A DNA stretch of 64,000 bases, taken from positions 115,010,001 to 115,074,000 of the forward strand of contig NC_083276.1 in NCBI RefSeq assembly GCF_963506605.1, in the 5' to 3' direction. The translations under genes and the position numbers were made by a program. This DNA is from Zootoca vivipara (lineage: Eukaryota). The notes beneath the pieces were generated by a model that was not told where the DNA came from, searched no databases, and saw only the letters and a program-made list of their open reading frames with translations. Positions 1 through 11,600 of the stretch are shown here, piece by piece. Numbering within the stretch: position 1 is the stretch's first letter; every line of letters begins with the position of its first letter.

Positions 1-3000
1 GTAGAACTCATGCTCCACATATAATTATGCCACATATAATTATACTTGCAACTATTGAACTAATAATAGCCTTCCTTTCTTTCTCCTTTAATGAAACCCA
101 GCTTCCCCCCTCTCGTGTTATTTTTACCTCCTGTTTCCCCTAAGTTCAGACAGCAATATTATCTGTATCTGCTTTCTTCCAGTATTTCATATAAATGTCA
201 ACCACTCTATCTCGGGAACACTTCACTGACATCTGACAAAAACGCCTTGGTTGCGATCCTATGCCTATTGACTAGGAGTGCACCTTTCCATTGCAAGCAG
301 CAGGCCTTTATGCCCAAAATAAAAGGGGAGGAGATACAACAGTATTTAGAGCATAACTCCTCGTTGGAACATTAGTTCATCCTCAAAGGCTGCAGTACCG
401 AGAGGGCAAGCGCAATCCGTATTTTGGATCTCCACCAAAAGAGGAGCCAACCAGTAGAAGTGCTTGCCCTGGGACATGATAGATTCAACATTTGCACAGG
501 GAAACACGGCATAACTTTATCCTGTTAAAATGCTAATCCTGCTCATTATCTGGAAAGAGCTTAAGAGAGGCACAAGTTAGGCACCTTGCACCTGCAATTA
601 TCTCCCCAGAAACTGCACAATCAGCGTTTGCTGTGATCTGCAGCCACAAACCGCAGGAGGATGGGAGAGGGGGAGAGAGAGAGAACAAGCTTGAAGCCCC
701 AAGAGCCGTCCAGTACAAAACAGCCTTGCAGAAACATAATCAGAAACACACCATCTCTGTTTACAAACTCAAACGTTTACAAGGCGATGTTTGGAAGCCC
801 CGGCAAATTTTGCACACCCGGAAAGGAGAGGGAAAAAAGTTCACTTACTGTAGAAGCCCTTCCATTGTCCCGAACCTGTTGCAGTGGGGGGAAAGAGGAG
901 AAAGAAAATAAACAAAACCATTTCGTATTGTTGTTTTTCCATGTATAGATGATACTAATCATAGTTCCGGGGGGAGGGGGAGCAATACATGCATTGCATC
1001 TCTATTTAGATAGGAGAATGTTAAGGACACAGGCAGGCATTGCATATAAAGGTGGCAAATCAACACACTCACCACCACCCCATTGTTGATTTGCCTCTTT
1101 TGTTAAATTCTTTTTGTAATAAAAGCCAGCGAAATTAAATATTTCAGTCAGGGTTATCATGTAATTGTATACGATCATCCTTACTACTAGTTTCAACTAT
1201 GTTTTCATAAAATGTTTTATCTGATAAAGATATATTCTTCCTCCAACTAGGCTAATCCCAAAGTGTCATAAAGCTTACCAGCGTAATGAATCCCTGAAGC
1301 GCCCTGGCCAGCATTTAGTCAGTAACCCGCTTGCTTAAAATCCATACCATTTTCCCAACATGAACTTGTGAATATCATCATTATTATAGTACATCTATTT
1401 TACAGTTTACTTAAACAGATCTCCCTTTTTCTGTCTGTGTCTTTATTCTCTTATTGTAACAAATAAATTCTACATCATCAACCACGTGGAGGGGGGAGAC
1501 TATTTAAACAATGTTTTCAAAGAGAAAGAACCAAGGTTGAGGTATTTTGCAAAACATCCCCTTCACTTTTGCTTGCGCTATCCCTGAGAAGGGCTGTATA
1601 GACCCCCAGACCAGCTTAAAACAGGGAGCAATCATTCCATCGATGTATATCATCTTATCTTTCTTTCCGTTCCTCCCTTCACTCTCCTTCTAAAATAACA
1701 GCCAGAACGCAGTGCCCCTTGAAATCTCTGCAAATTAATCACTTAATGAAGGAGGTACCGGCTTAAACCGAGGTTGGTTTCTTTTACAAAATTAAAATTA
1801 AAACTGTCGACGTGCGATTTACTGACAGCCCTCTTAAAACTTGGAGCAAATCCGAAGGAAATGCTATTCCTATAATACTTCCGGGCTTCCCTGGATCGGA
1901 TCTTTTCATTCATATACAGTTCCAGAGAACACTCAGACACACGGTCACTGGAGAGAGGGACTCGGTCACATATGGAGCGCAAGAAGAGACTTACTTGTGA
2001 GCTTTGCCAAAGGGAAGAGGAAGAAGCAAAGGTCCTGGGCGCTTGGTTTCAGGCAGAGGTCTCCTGCCTAACACTTTCCCTGTCACTGCTCCCAGGAACT
2101 AAAGCATCTGCACTTGTATGCTCTTAAACTAATTTATGGTGGGAATTATATTTTGGCTTGTCAACTCTCAAGCCATAAAACAAAGTTTATTGGAATCACG
2201 TGCTTCGAAAGAGCCACTCAGGACTTATCTCGACGGAACAATAAATAACCTCTAGCTTTAAACTTTTATTCACTTATATAAAGAGGGTCTGGAAGGAAGG
2301 GGGGTGAAAGAGAAGGGGGGAAAGGGGGTAAACCCACACACCCTGCGTTCTATGAAATTTAAAGTAGTCTAAAATAGCGAGCGCCAGGCACTGGAGGCCT
2401 TGCCTGTCTGTAGCCTTTAGGCCAGGCTCTTTTTTAATTAAATAATAATAATAATGAGTTGTGCGAGGACAGGCCCCAGTGGCAGTTTAGATCTCCCCTT
2501 TAATGAGGAAAGGAACGTGTGATTTTCGCTGTGAGTACCGTTTCAAAATTTATTTGAATGAATATGTATGTGGAGTGGTGGGAGGGAGGAGGGAGGGAGG
2601 GAGGGAAGGACGATTTTAAGCGACACCAAAGGCCATCACTTTTGTGAAATCCTCCCAGCTAGCCCACGCCCAGCCTCGTCTCTATGGTCAGGCCCCAGGC
2701 ACTCGGGTTACGCGATCATCCAGGCGGCTTGGCATGCACACAAAACTTTGGAGGGAATGGTGCCGTTCTGCAGGATAAATGGTTCTGTTGTCTAGGGTTT
2801 GTCAGAGGAAGAGTGTGTTTATCTATGTCTGTTTGCTAAGCAGCTACGGGAAGTGCTGGGGGCCGGGAATCGACCGATAGCAAAACCTCCATGTGCAGGA
2901 GCAGCGCAGCAGACGTTGGGTGGGAGCAAAAGAGAGAGGAAGGCCATCATTTTCAGCTCCTGCTTGGAAGCTTCCAAGAGGGATCTGGCTGGCCACCGTG

Positions 3001-5014
3001 ATATCCAGAATGGATCTAGCAATACAGTTCAGCAACTCTTTATCAGGCGGCCTCTTCTGGGCCCCTTCACACTAACCAAACTGTTTCGCAGCGCAAGGAG
3101 ATACACGGGACTTGTAAAAGTGACAAAACAGCTCAGTCTATTCGTGTCGTCGTCCCCCTCCGCCGCCTCCCGAAAACTTTGATAGCTGAAGCTTTAAGGA
3201 GGGGAGTCATAAAGTAATAAAAAGTAGTCTGGTGTGAAGGAAAGGTAGGAGGCAGCAGAGAGGGAGCGGGTGAGTAAGTCAAACTGGATCTTAAAGAAAC
3301 TAAAATTCTGAGACACCGGAAGTCAAATGTCCCTTGGAAGGTATAGCCTTTTGCATGCAAAGCTGTGTGTGAGAGTGTGTATGTGAGATATAAAACTGGG
3401 GATGGCAGGGATAAATGCTTATCCAGTTGTGTAGGTCAATGGAAGATAATTTTTTGTAAACAATACTCCAAAACGAAACAAATAAGATAAAACGGCAAGG
3501 CAAGAGAAAAGCAAGTACCCTCTGACATTTAAAATGAGCAGAGCATAAATGTTTGAATGGAGAAGGCCCCGCCCTCCACTTGGCTCTCCTGCCATGCGAA
3601 TTGATCTTATTATTACAAGGAAATGATTTATGAAAATGACTCCAAAGCATGGGTGTGCATGCGTCGCTGTAAGGCTGTAAAGTTCAGCCTCAGAGGAAGG
3701 TATCCGAAGTCATTTAGGAGCAGGACTTTTGTCATATCCTGGGGGGGGGGCAGGATTCTTAGGAACAAATGCAACTGACGTTCACCTGCTGGAAAGACTA
3801 GATTCTTTTTAAGGTTCCTCGGACCAGCACAACTTCCCTGCATCTAGTTCAAGCAAAGTGTTTGGAAGTTTATATACTATTTTAAACTAGCGTTTTCTCA
3901 CCCCACCCCCTCGTATATACATTACTTTAAAACAGTAAATCTCCCCATGGGAGGGGGGGTTAAGAGAAATTTTCATGTGTGGAGGAAGTGTGTTATTTCA
4001 CTGCAATGTGCGCAGAGATTCAAAACATAAATTAGGTCTCTCGGTTTAACAGGCTTACCAGCCACTTATGTTGAAAAAGTAGCCACACTCAAATCCCAAT
4101 TTTACTTTAAGTGACACCTTCGGTGACACCGTGGAATACGTGTTCAGAATTTCGGGCTCTCCTAGTTTTCTAAGATGTTGTTCAAATAGTATAAATATTT
4201 TTTTAGAAAAAAAATTAAAAGCATTGTTCCAATCCAAGAGAAAGTCTGCTCAGCTTTCCAAAGCAAATGAAGACTCAGATAAGCCAAACGGGACAAAATG
4301 ATAAAAACTTTTTCCAAGGGACGGGGAACACAAAAAGAAAAAACATAAGCAAATATTTATGGGGCACGGATTCGGGTCAGTAAGCCGCCACGAGGCTGCC
4401 TTGTAAATCAGGCCCCCTGTTACACTCAAATTCCCAAAACTGGTAATCTGGAATACTTGAATTAAAGACAGTTTAAACGATCCATGTGGATCATGTGCAT
4501 TAACGGACATTATTGATTGATTAGACTTTGATTTTGATGGAACTTGCCTTCAGAAAAGTGTGCTTAAAGGCTTGCGTCTGCCGTTTAGTTCAGCTGCTTT
4601 AGTTTAGCTATCAAACTGAATTGAAGCTCCAGTGACTTGCATTAGTACCTCTCTTGGAGTAGAGTCCTACCACTGGACTTATGCAGCGCAACTGTGAGAA
4701 GGACTAACATTGTTCTCAGTGTGTCTGGTTTCAATGACACAAGTTTAGAATGCAATTTCCCTTCAAGTACTACCTCTTACCTTGGTTATTGATTCTGTGT
4801 GCAGTCCTGAAGATGAGGATTTGTTCTGAGAACATATTATTGACATTAGCACTAAGGTTTCTACTATTGGACATAGATTCTAAAAGGTCGCCCCCTTTCC
4901 TGATCTTCATTTGGATAGTGTCTCGAGACCACTTAACAAAATAGTATTTTGTCCCTTCTGCAAAAAAAATCCTTCTAGCTGTGGTCCAGGTCCCATGACA
5001 TCAAAGTTCCAAGC

Positions 5015-5150
5015 CAGGGTGCTCAATGTGCTGCTCTCCATATATTTTGGGCTACAACTCCTATAAGCCCCAGCCAGCATGGCCAAGGGTCATAGATGAT
5101 AGGAGTTCTCATTCATAACACATTGAGGACACTACGTTTGGCCACCCCTG
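5015..5150. mobile_element. Degenerate hAT-type MITE related to 7997-8132
   Basis: CAGGG...CCCCTG ends, shared internal CTACAA.T.C motif, same 136-bp length. 8-bp flanks TTCCAAGC / TTCTAAGT. Confidence 0.6.
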
Positions 5151-7234
5151 TTCTAAGTGGACACATGGACATCTGAGGTGCTTGATTCCTGCTTTACTCA
5201 ATAGGCCAAGTTCTTGCCACAGTGCTCAACCTGTGTCTGGGCTGTACTCTTTTAGAACCCCAATCACATGGGGGCTCGAGTGATTGAACATACCTCCATA
5301 CCCTCCACCCAAAACCTGTGTGGAAACCTTCTCCCAAAAAAAATCTAGTTTGTTTGCTTTTTTTCTATTCCAATAATTTTGTTTGTAGGAAGAAGTATTG
5401 TGCCATGTGAATTCCTGCCTGCAGCCTGAGATACTAGGACCCAAAATAAAGTTTGCTACTTTCTGTGATAAGTAGAACAGAGTCAAACGGTACAGTAGAA
5501 CTGTGATAAGTAGAAAAGTCAAATGGTAGAGTCTGTGAATACAAAGCCAGTAAGATTCATTATCTAATACACAAGGCTAGCAGCTGGTTTGTCTCCTGTT
5601 TTTGCACAACACAGAGACTGGTCACTCAGTCTAGGTCTCCCATATAAGGCACTGCAGAACATCTTAATTTAGGGTTAGCCCAACCAAGACATCTTCCTGC
5701 CTGGTGTGCACAGCAGCATTTTGCCAGTTCCCACTCCCCCCAGCCCAGTGAAATTACTTAATACCCAAGACCCGCTATGTTTTTTGGACCTGAACCAGGA
5801 AACCCTGCAAGCACACACACACAATAACAGCAATAATGCTGTTTGAAACTATCCCTTTGAAATTCACTCGCTGCCCTAGAATCACCTCTTCCTAAACTCA
5901 TACTTATACTTGTTAGTTGTTCCTCAGTGATTCAATAAATGTGCTCTGCACATGTTGAGAGACACTCAGGTCTTCACATTTTCCTGGCTCAACCAAAAAG
6001 TTCTGTTTTCTAGCCATGAAGACTGGCCTCAAATCAAATGCTTTGTGAATATAAAATAGCATTTAGACGTGTTTCTGTTTTCTCAAAGTTATAGGAAGCA
6101 CATCACGAAGCTAGTTAAAAGTTTTAAACTGCAAAAAGAGAGAAAGAAACAGGAAAAAACATACATTTTACAATGAGCGCCACAACTAAGGAAATGACCT
6201 GCCATTTTTTAAGTGGTCATCAAAGATAACATAGGCTTCACTGGTGACTATATGCACCTAGAAGGGAAATGAGCATAGAAAATCAGATTAGGAACAGAGG
6301 GGTCCAGTTTACAGGTGCAAAGCCTTCTTTAACAGGCAGGAAGAAATACGGTCAGAAATAGATTCCCCCGTGCCCCCCCCTACTTCTTCTGTACAAACTT
6401 TGCACTAAATCAACTAAACTCGTGCTGGACCGTGATCAAAATGCCAGCACAGATTACTTGGTTATTTCTCAAAACGATAAGTGCATAAGAAGTCAGTTTC
6501 AGCTCCTTGACGCTAGCCCATACAATTTAGGATAAATGCATCCACTGGAAATTGGCAAGGGGTTTAATGCCCCGAAACCACAGAAAGGAGGAAATAAGGC
6601 AAATGAGCTGTAGGAGGAGATGACGTGGCTTTTCATTAAATGTGATCAAGGATACATCAGCAGAAAGGGAAAACAGGGAGCGTTCTCAGGTGAAAAATTA
6701 GAAGTTTGCAAAATGGCTCGGTTCAAAGCGGGTTAGTGCTATGCGGAGCCTTGAAAAGTCCTGGCCCCAGAGAAGGCGCGCGCAAAGGAGAGAATAACTT
6801 CGCTTTTATCCCGATTCTCTGCAAGGAAACAGAACAGAAGCCCCTGGATATGAACACAATAAGATCGAGTCAAACTCAAGCTAATAACTTGCATTTAATG
6901 TAAAAAGGACTCAAAGTAAGAACTCTTGTAGAGTTATTCAAGAGATTGATACATTTATTTACCACACAGTAGATCCATCCCGAATACATTTTACCTGGAA
7001 AATTTTACCTGGAAAATAAGCCCTTTAGTTTTAACTGCCATCAGAAATCTGAGATTTTGCACCTCAGCTTAAAAACCTGCTCTTGTTTTGCGAGCGGTTG
7101 TAGCCAACTAAGCCATACTCTGAGTAGAACCACTGAAATCAATGATCTTAACTTACTTAACTCTAATGATGTAGTTTCAAACTGTCTACTCTTGAGTAAC
7201 ATTGGATATCACCCCAGATCCAAAGTGTGCATTC

Positions 7235-7345
7235 ATAGCACCATAGAATTGTTGAATTGGAAGGGACCACGAGAGTCATCTAGTACAACAACCTACAATG
7301 CAGGAATTGTTTTTGCCCAACGTGGGTTTAAACCCATGACTTTGA
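7235..7345 (-). mobile_element. CR1-type 3' end fragment
   Basis: CATAGAATTGTTGAATTGGAAGGGACC...GTCATCTAGTACAAC is the reverse of the CR1 3' terminus. Similar to 60966-61076. Confidence 0.6.
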
Positions 7346-7966
7346 TATCCTTTGCTGCCTCTGACGAACTTCTACAGCTGCAAAGAGGGTTGAGCTGAGT
7401 GAAAGTCCCACTGAAGCATCTTTTGCCCTTTGTAGGACCTGATTTCACGTCAGGTAGTTGTCATTCCCCTGATTTAAATTCTACAATCTGATTTCATCAG
7501 CTATACACATTCACCTCAAAAACGTGTGCTGCCACCCTAATCTTAGCTACTAAGAAGTAAACTCAATGGGTTTCAATTCTTAGGATGGTGACCCACGACA
7601 GGAATTATATGGGAATAGGTTCAATTGAAGCAATTGGGTTAGCCTCTGATTGAAAGTGCATGGCTGATTAGGCAGGATTCAGTAGCCAGAAGAAGGACAC
7701 AGGTAACTTTTCCTCACTGGAAAATATTAGGCAGGTTTGGGGCTTCACAGAGCTCTTTCTCATTCCAAGAACTTTTGAAAAGAAGACAGCATAAGAGACA
7801 TAAGAACATAATGCAAGCCTGTTGGATCAGGTCAATTGGCCCCTCTAGTCCAGCATCCTGTTCTCAAGGTGGCCAGCCAGATGCATGTGGAAAGCCAGCA
7901 AACAGGATTAGAGCATGAGAACACTTTGCCCACCTGCAATTCCAAGCAACTGATATTCAGAAGAAC

Positions 7967-8258
7967 CCATATACAAAAGCCCTGTACAGGATAGGGCAGG
8001 CATAGGCAAACTCCGGCCCTCCAGATGTTTAGGACTACAATTTCCATCATCCCTAGCTAACAGGATCAGTGATAAGGGATGATGGGAATTGTAGTCCCAA
8101 ACATCTGGAGGGCCGGAGTTTGCCTATGCCTGGTATAGGGAAGCTTTTTAAGGTTTAATGCTTTACTATGTTTTTATATATGCTGGAAACCACCCAGAGT
8201 GGATGGGGCAAACCAGTCAGATGGGTGGGGTACAAATAATAAATTAGGATGATGATGA
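7967..8258 (+). mobile_element. LINE (L2-like) 3' tail, itself interrupted by the hAT MITE
   Basis: ...CACCCAGAGTGGATGGGGCAAACCAGTCAGATGGGTGGGGTACAAATAATAAATT. A related reverse copy lies at 26320-26465. Family assignment is from memory. Confidence 0.5.
7997..8132. mobile_element. Non-autonomous hAT-type MITE
   Basis: Near-perfect palindrome CAGGCATAGGCAAACTCCGGCCCTCCAGATGTTT...AAACATCTGGAGGGCCGGAGTTTGCCTATGCCTG. 8-bp flanks GGATAGGG / GTATAGGG match 7/8, consistent with a hAT TSD. Confidence 0.8.
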
Positions 8259-8644
8259 TGCCTCTGACAGTGAAGGCAGTGACCAGTAACCGTTGATAGC
8301 CTTCTCCTTCATGAATTTGTCTAATCCTCTTTTAACTTCATAACTTTAAAATGTAGTGTGTTTGACCAACAAGAATTTGTTTTGATCACCCAGTCACATG
8401 GCAAGGAACCTTGCATTTCTTCAGGATACTGTAGAATCATGTCTTGATTGTGTGGCCATTCATGTTGATCAAGTCCACTTTCTGAGGACAAATGAACTGC
8501 ATTGCTCAATTAGACTAAGGCGCTCTGTTTCAAACAGTGACCAGGCTATGAAAACTCATAACCAAGGGATTAAAAATTTGGCATGTCTCATAGGCACCTT
8601 GTCCAACACCTGGTACTCGGAAGTATGCTGTCTGAACATGGAGA

Positions 8645-8855
8645 CAGGTAGGTAGCCGTGTTGGTCTGGGTCGAAGTAAAAATAAAAAAATTCCTTCAGT
8701 AGCACCTTAAAGACCAACTAAGTTTTTATTTTGGTATGAGCTTTCGTGTGCATGCACACTTCTTCAGATACCTTCAGGTGCATGCACACGAAAGCTCATA
8801 CCAAAATAAAAACTTAGTTGGTCTTTAAGGTGCTACTGAAGGAATTTTTTTATTT
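8645..8855. mobile_element. Penelope-like retroelement terminal remnant (inverted arrangement) with target-site duplication
   Basis: Perfect 78-bp inverted arms at 8680-8757 and 8778-8855. Flanking direct repeat TGAACATGGAGA at 8633-8644 and 8855-8866. Contains a hammerhead motif typical of Penelope termini. Confidence 0.75.
8733..8772 (-). ncRNA. Minimal type-I hammerhead ribozyme motif
   Basis: Minus-strand RNA GGUAU-CUGAAGA-A-GUGUGCAUGCACAC-GAAA-GC-UC-AUACC: stem I GGUAU/AUACC, CUGANGA and GAAA cores, palindromic stem II, UC cleavage site. Confidence 0.8.
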
Positions 8856-9040
8856 GAACATGGAGAGTTTCACATAGCTAGGAAAATAGCTGAGCAATGC
8901 CTACCCAACTAAATGAAGAGAGAAAGCCAACTTAATGTGAGATGTGACATTTTAAAGATCCAGGGTCTGCAGTCCTATGCACCCTGAAGTAAGCCCCATT
9001 GAACTCAGTGTAGCTTACTTCTGAATAGACATAGGAATGC

Positions 9041-9199
9041 AGGAAGCTGCTTTATATTGAGTCATTCCAGTGATCCACCTAGCTCAGTATTGGTTACACT
9101 GTCTGGAAGTGACAGGGGACATTCCTAGCCCTTCTTGGAGATGCCAAGGATCTTCTGCATGCAAAACAGATGTTCTGCCACTGAGCCATAACCTTCCCC
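9041..9199 (-). mobile_element. tRNA-derived SINE (squamate type), degenerate
   Basis: Minus strand begins GGGGAAGGTTATGGCTCAGTGGCAGAACATCTGTTTTGCATGCAGAAG (A-box TGGCTCAGTGG) and ends ATAAAGCAGCTTCCT. Confidence 0.6.
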
Positions 9200-10409
9200 T
9201 GTGTATAGTATTGTGTTGTATAAGTTTGTGTTATGAAGGCAGATGCTCTGACTCAGGAAAGAAGAATATGGCACCTGGATGGAGACCACAAGTGTGAAGA
9301 GGAGGGCAGTGCATATCTATTGCACATGCCAATGGGAGATGGGGAGACAGAGAAAGGGGGGGAGAGATGGTTGTGTGGCACAGAAGGTCAATCTAGGCCA
9401 AGTACTTGTGTCATGACTGTGGAAGGTGAACCTTGAAAGAGTCCAGTGAATGAGGTTGCGAGCTATGGGGGTAGGGAAGGCAGACAGAAAGAAATAAAAA
9501 GCTAGACATGCAATTTGCTTTTATCACCTACAATTGGGAAGACCACAAACCAATGGACTGGATGCTTGCAGCCCTGTTAGAAGTAAGAGACTTTTGAGAG
9601 GAATGGCTACCATTTTAGGGGCCATCAGAGATCAAAGGGAAAGCAAAGGAAGCAGGAGAAGAACAACATCAAAGATCAGACAGATGATGGTCCCCTGGAG
9701 TAACTAGCTGTGACCACTTGTTTGCTATGGTACAAAAGGCTGTCTATACAGCCCCATAAACAGGGACTGCACTTGAGGGTGAGGAGGCTGGCTGATGGTA
9801 TTTTAAATGGCACTGGTCTGTGGGAGACCCGGGGAGTGTAGTGCAATGATTATGGGCCATTTCAACTGTGGTTTTTAATGGGTAGCTGTAATATGTCTTT
9901 CTTCTGGTCTAAAGACGTCTGGCTGACTGGCTGCACCCACAGGTATGTGCATAAGACTGAAAAGAAGGGATGGAATATAAGCACTACTTATGGGGCAGTC
10001 CTGTGCACCCTTGAATTCATTGGGATTTACTTTCAAGTCAAAATAGATAGGATCAGGCTGTGAAGTGCATGGAGGCCTAGCAGATGAACAAATATGTAGC
10101 TCTCCATTGACCTCAATAGCTTGCCTTGGCAAATCTGCTCTTAAAATCTCAACTCTGACTGAGCCTATCATAGTTACTCAAAAGTAACTTTCATTGGGAT
10201 CTACTCTCAATGCCGTGTATGTAGGATTGTAGCCTTCCAGTTCAGTTTTGTAAACGCAGTGAGATTTAGGCTGCAATCCTATTCCCATTTACTTGAGAGT
10301 AAGACCTTCTGAACTGACTATTACTCGCTTCTGGATAAACATGTGTAAGATTGCCCTGTTAATAATACAACTTCCTTGAGTGGAGTGCAGCTGGCTTCCA
10401 GTTTCAAAT

Positions 10410-11175
10410 GTTGGGCCAGAACTAGCCAAGTGAAATTCAACAGAGATGGAAATAAAGTCTTGTATTTGTGTAACTAGAATGAAAGACACAAATATAGAAT
10501 TGAAGCAGCCTGCCTTGGCAGCAGTACATAGGGAAAGGATCAATAAAGGACCAATAAGTTGATCATAAGCTAAACATAAGCAGTATGATGCAGTTGCTAA
10601 AAAAAACCCAAAACACCTAAATGCAATATTAGGATATATTAAAAGAAGCATAATGTCCAGATAAAAAAAGCAATAGTTCCACTATATTCCATGCTGGTTG
10701 GGCTATAACTGGAGTACTGACAAAATGGAGCATGGCCAGAGGAAGGGGACCAGGGCGGTGAGTAGCATGGTATCCAAGTCTCATGGGGAACCATAAGAGA
10801 AGTTGTCTAGTTTTAGTCTGGAGAAAAGTGAATTAATGATCACAGCCTTCAAATATCTGAAGGACTGTCATGCAGAAGAAGATGGAGCAGGCCTGTCCTC
10901 TGTTGGTCCAGAGGGCCAGACTAGAACTCATGGGTGGAAATGGCAAGAAAGTAGTTTTTATCTAAACATTAAGAGAGAATGGCAAGTGCTGTTCAAGAGT
11001 GCAATGGGCTGCCTCCAGAGGTGATAGCATCTGGGGTAGCCCCTGCTGGAGGTCTTTAAGTAGACTGCCATATGGCAGGGATCCTGTCACTGAAACCTGC
11101 ACTGCAGATACTGCACTGACCAGGAGATTGGACTGGATCACTTCAATATTCCCTTCCAACACTATGGTTCTATCA
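10410..11175 (+). mobile_element. Old CR1 LINE fragment (end of ORF2 plus 3' UTR)
   Basis: Decayed ORF2 C-terminal peptide (FSLEK...MITAFKYLKDCH...GPEGQTRTHGWK) and 3' end TTGGACTGGATCAC...CCCTTCCAACACTATGGTTCTAT. Confidence 0.75.
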
Positions 11176-11600
11176 GGGTCAAGAAATGTAGAGCATTCCG
11201 AAACTATTTAGGCTCCTCCCCTTCCCTAAAACGGTTGTAGCTTGCTTTCCAGAATGCTGAGAATCAAGAGTGCCTTAGCCTCTCATGAAATTACAACTCC
11301 CCAAATGTGAAACTGGTTAAACGTGTAGTTTAAGCATGAGGTTACATTAGTCAAGGAAAGGGACTATTATTATTATTTCATCTGATCTCTTGTGACAATT
11401 GCTTAGGGAGGGCAAGAAAGTGTCACAGAGATCTAGAATTTCGTGATAATTTTCTTCCTCGAACCTCCTTGCGCGGGGTGGGTTAAGAGAGGCTTTCTGG
11501 GCTGCCCTTGCACATTGCGGGTCCCTGCCATGTAATAGATCAGCAGAGTCACTGCAGCCGCTGATCTTAAGATGCACAGGACTGCGAGGCTTGTCCTACA

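Larger units (their letters stand above)
7790..8335 (-). mobile_element. CR1-type LINE 3' end interrupted by younger insertions
   Basis: CATAAGAGACATAAGAACATAA octamer-type tail and TCTAGTCCAGCATCCTG. Sequence resumes at about 8259 (TGCCTCTGAC...ATGAATTTGTCTAATCCTCTTTTAA). Confidence 0.6.

Noticed and set aside
15-43. Short tandem duplications (CCACATATAATTAT x2; TTTTACCTGGAAAA x2 near 6990)
   Set aside because: Ordinary slippage duplications, not arrays. No CRISPR-like repeat-spacer structure was seen anywhere.
1743-1800. Minus-strand peptide FVKETNLGLSRYL as a decayed Hox5 N-terminus (YFVNSFxGRYP)
   Set aside because: Similarity is too short and gapped to distinguish from chance without an alignment to shark HoxD5.
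3262-3285. Plus-strand donor CGG|GTGAGT suggesting an antisense lncRNA exon
   Set aside because: A single donor-like hexamer with no other support.
1-4600. miR-10b hairpin and HoxD4 exons
   Set aside because: Neither TACCCTGTAGAACCGAATTTGTG, its complement nor a Hox4 ORF was seen; they probably lie left of the window.
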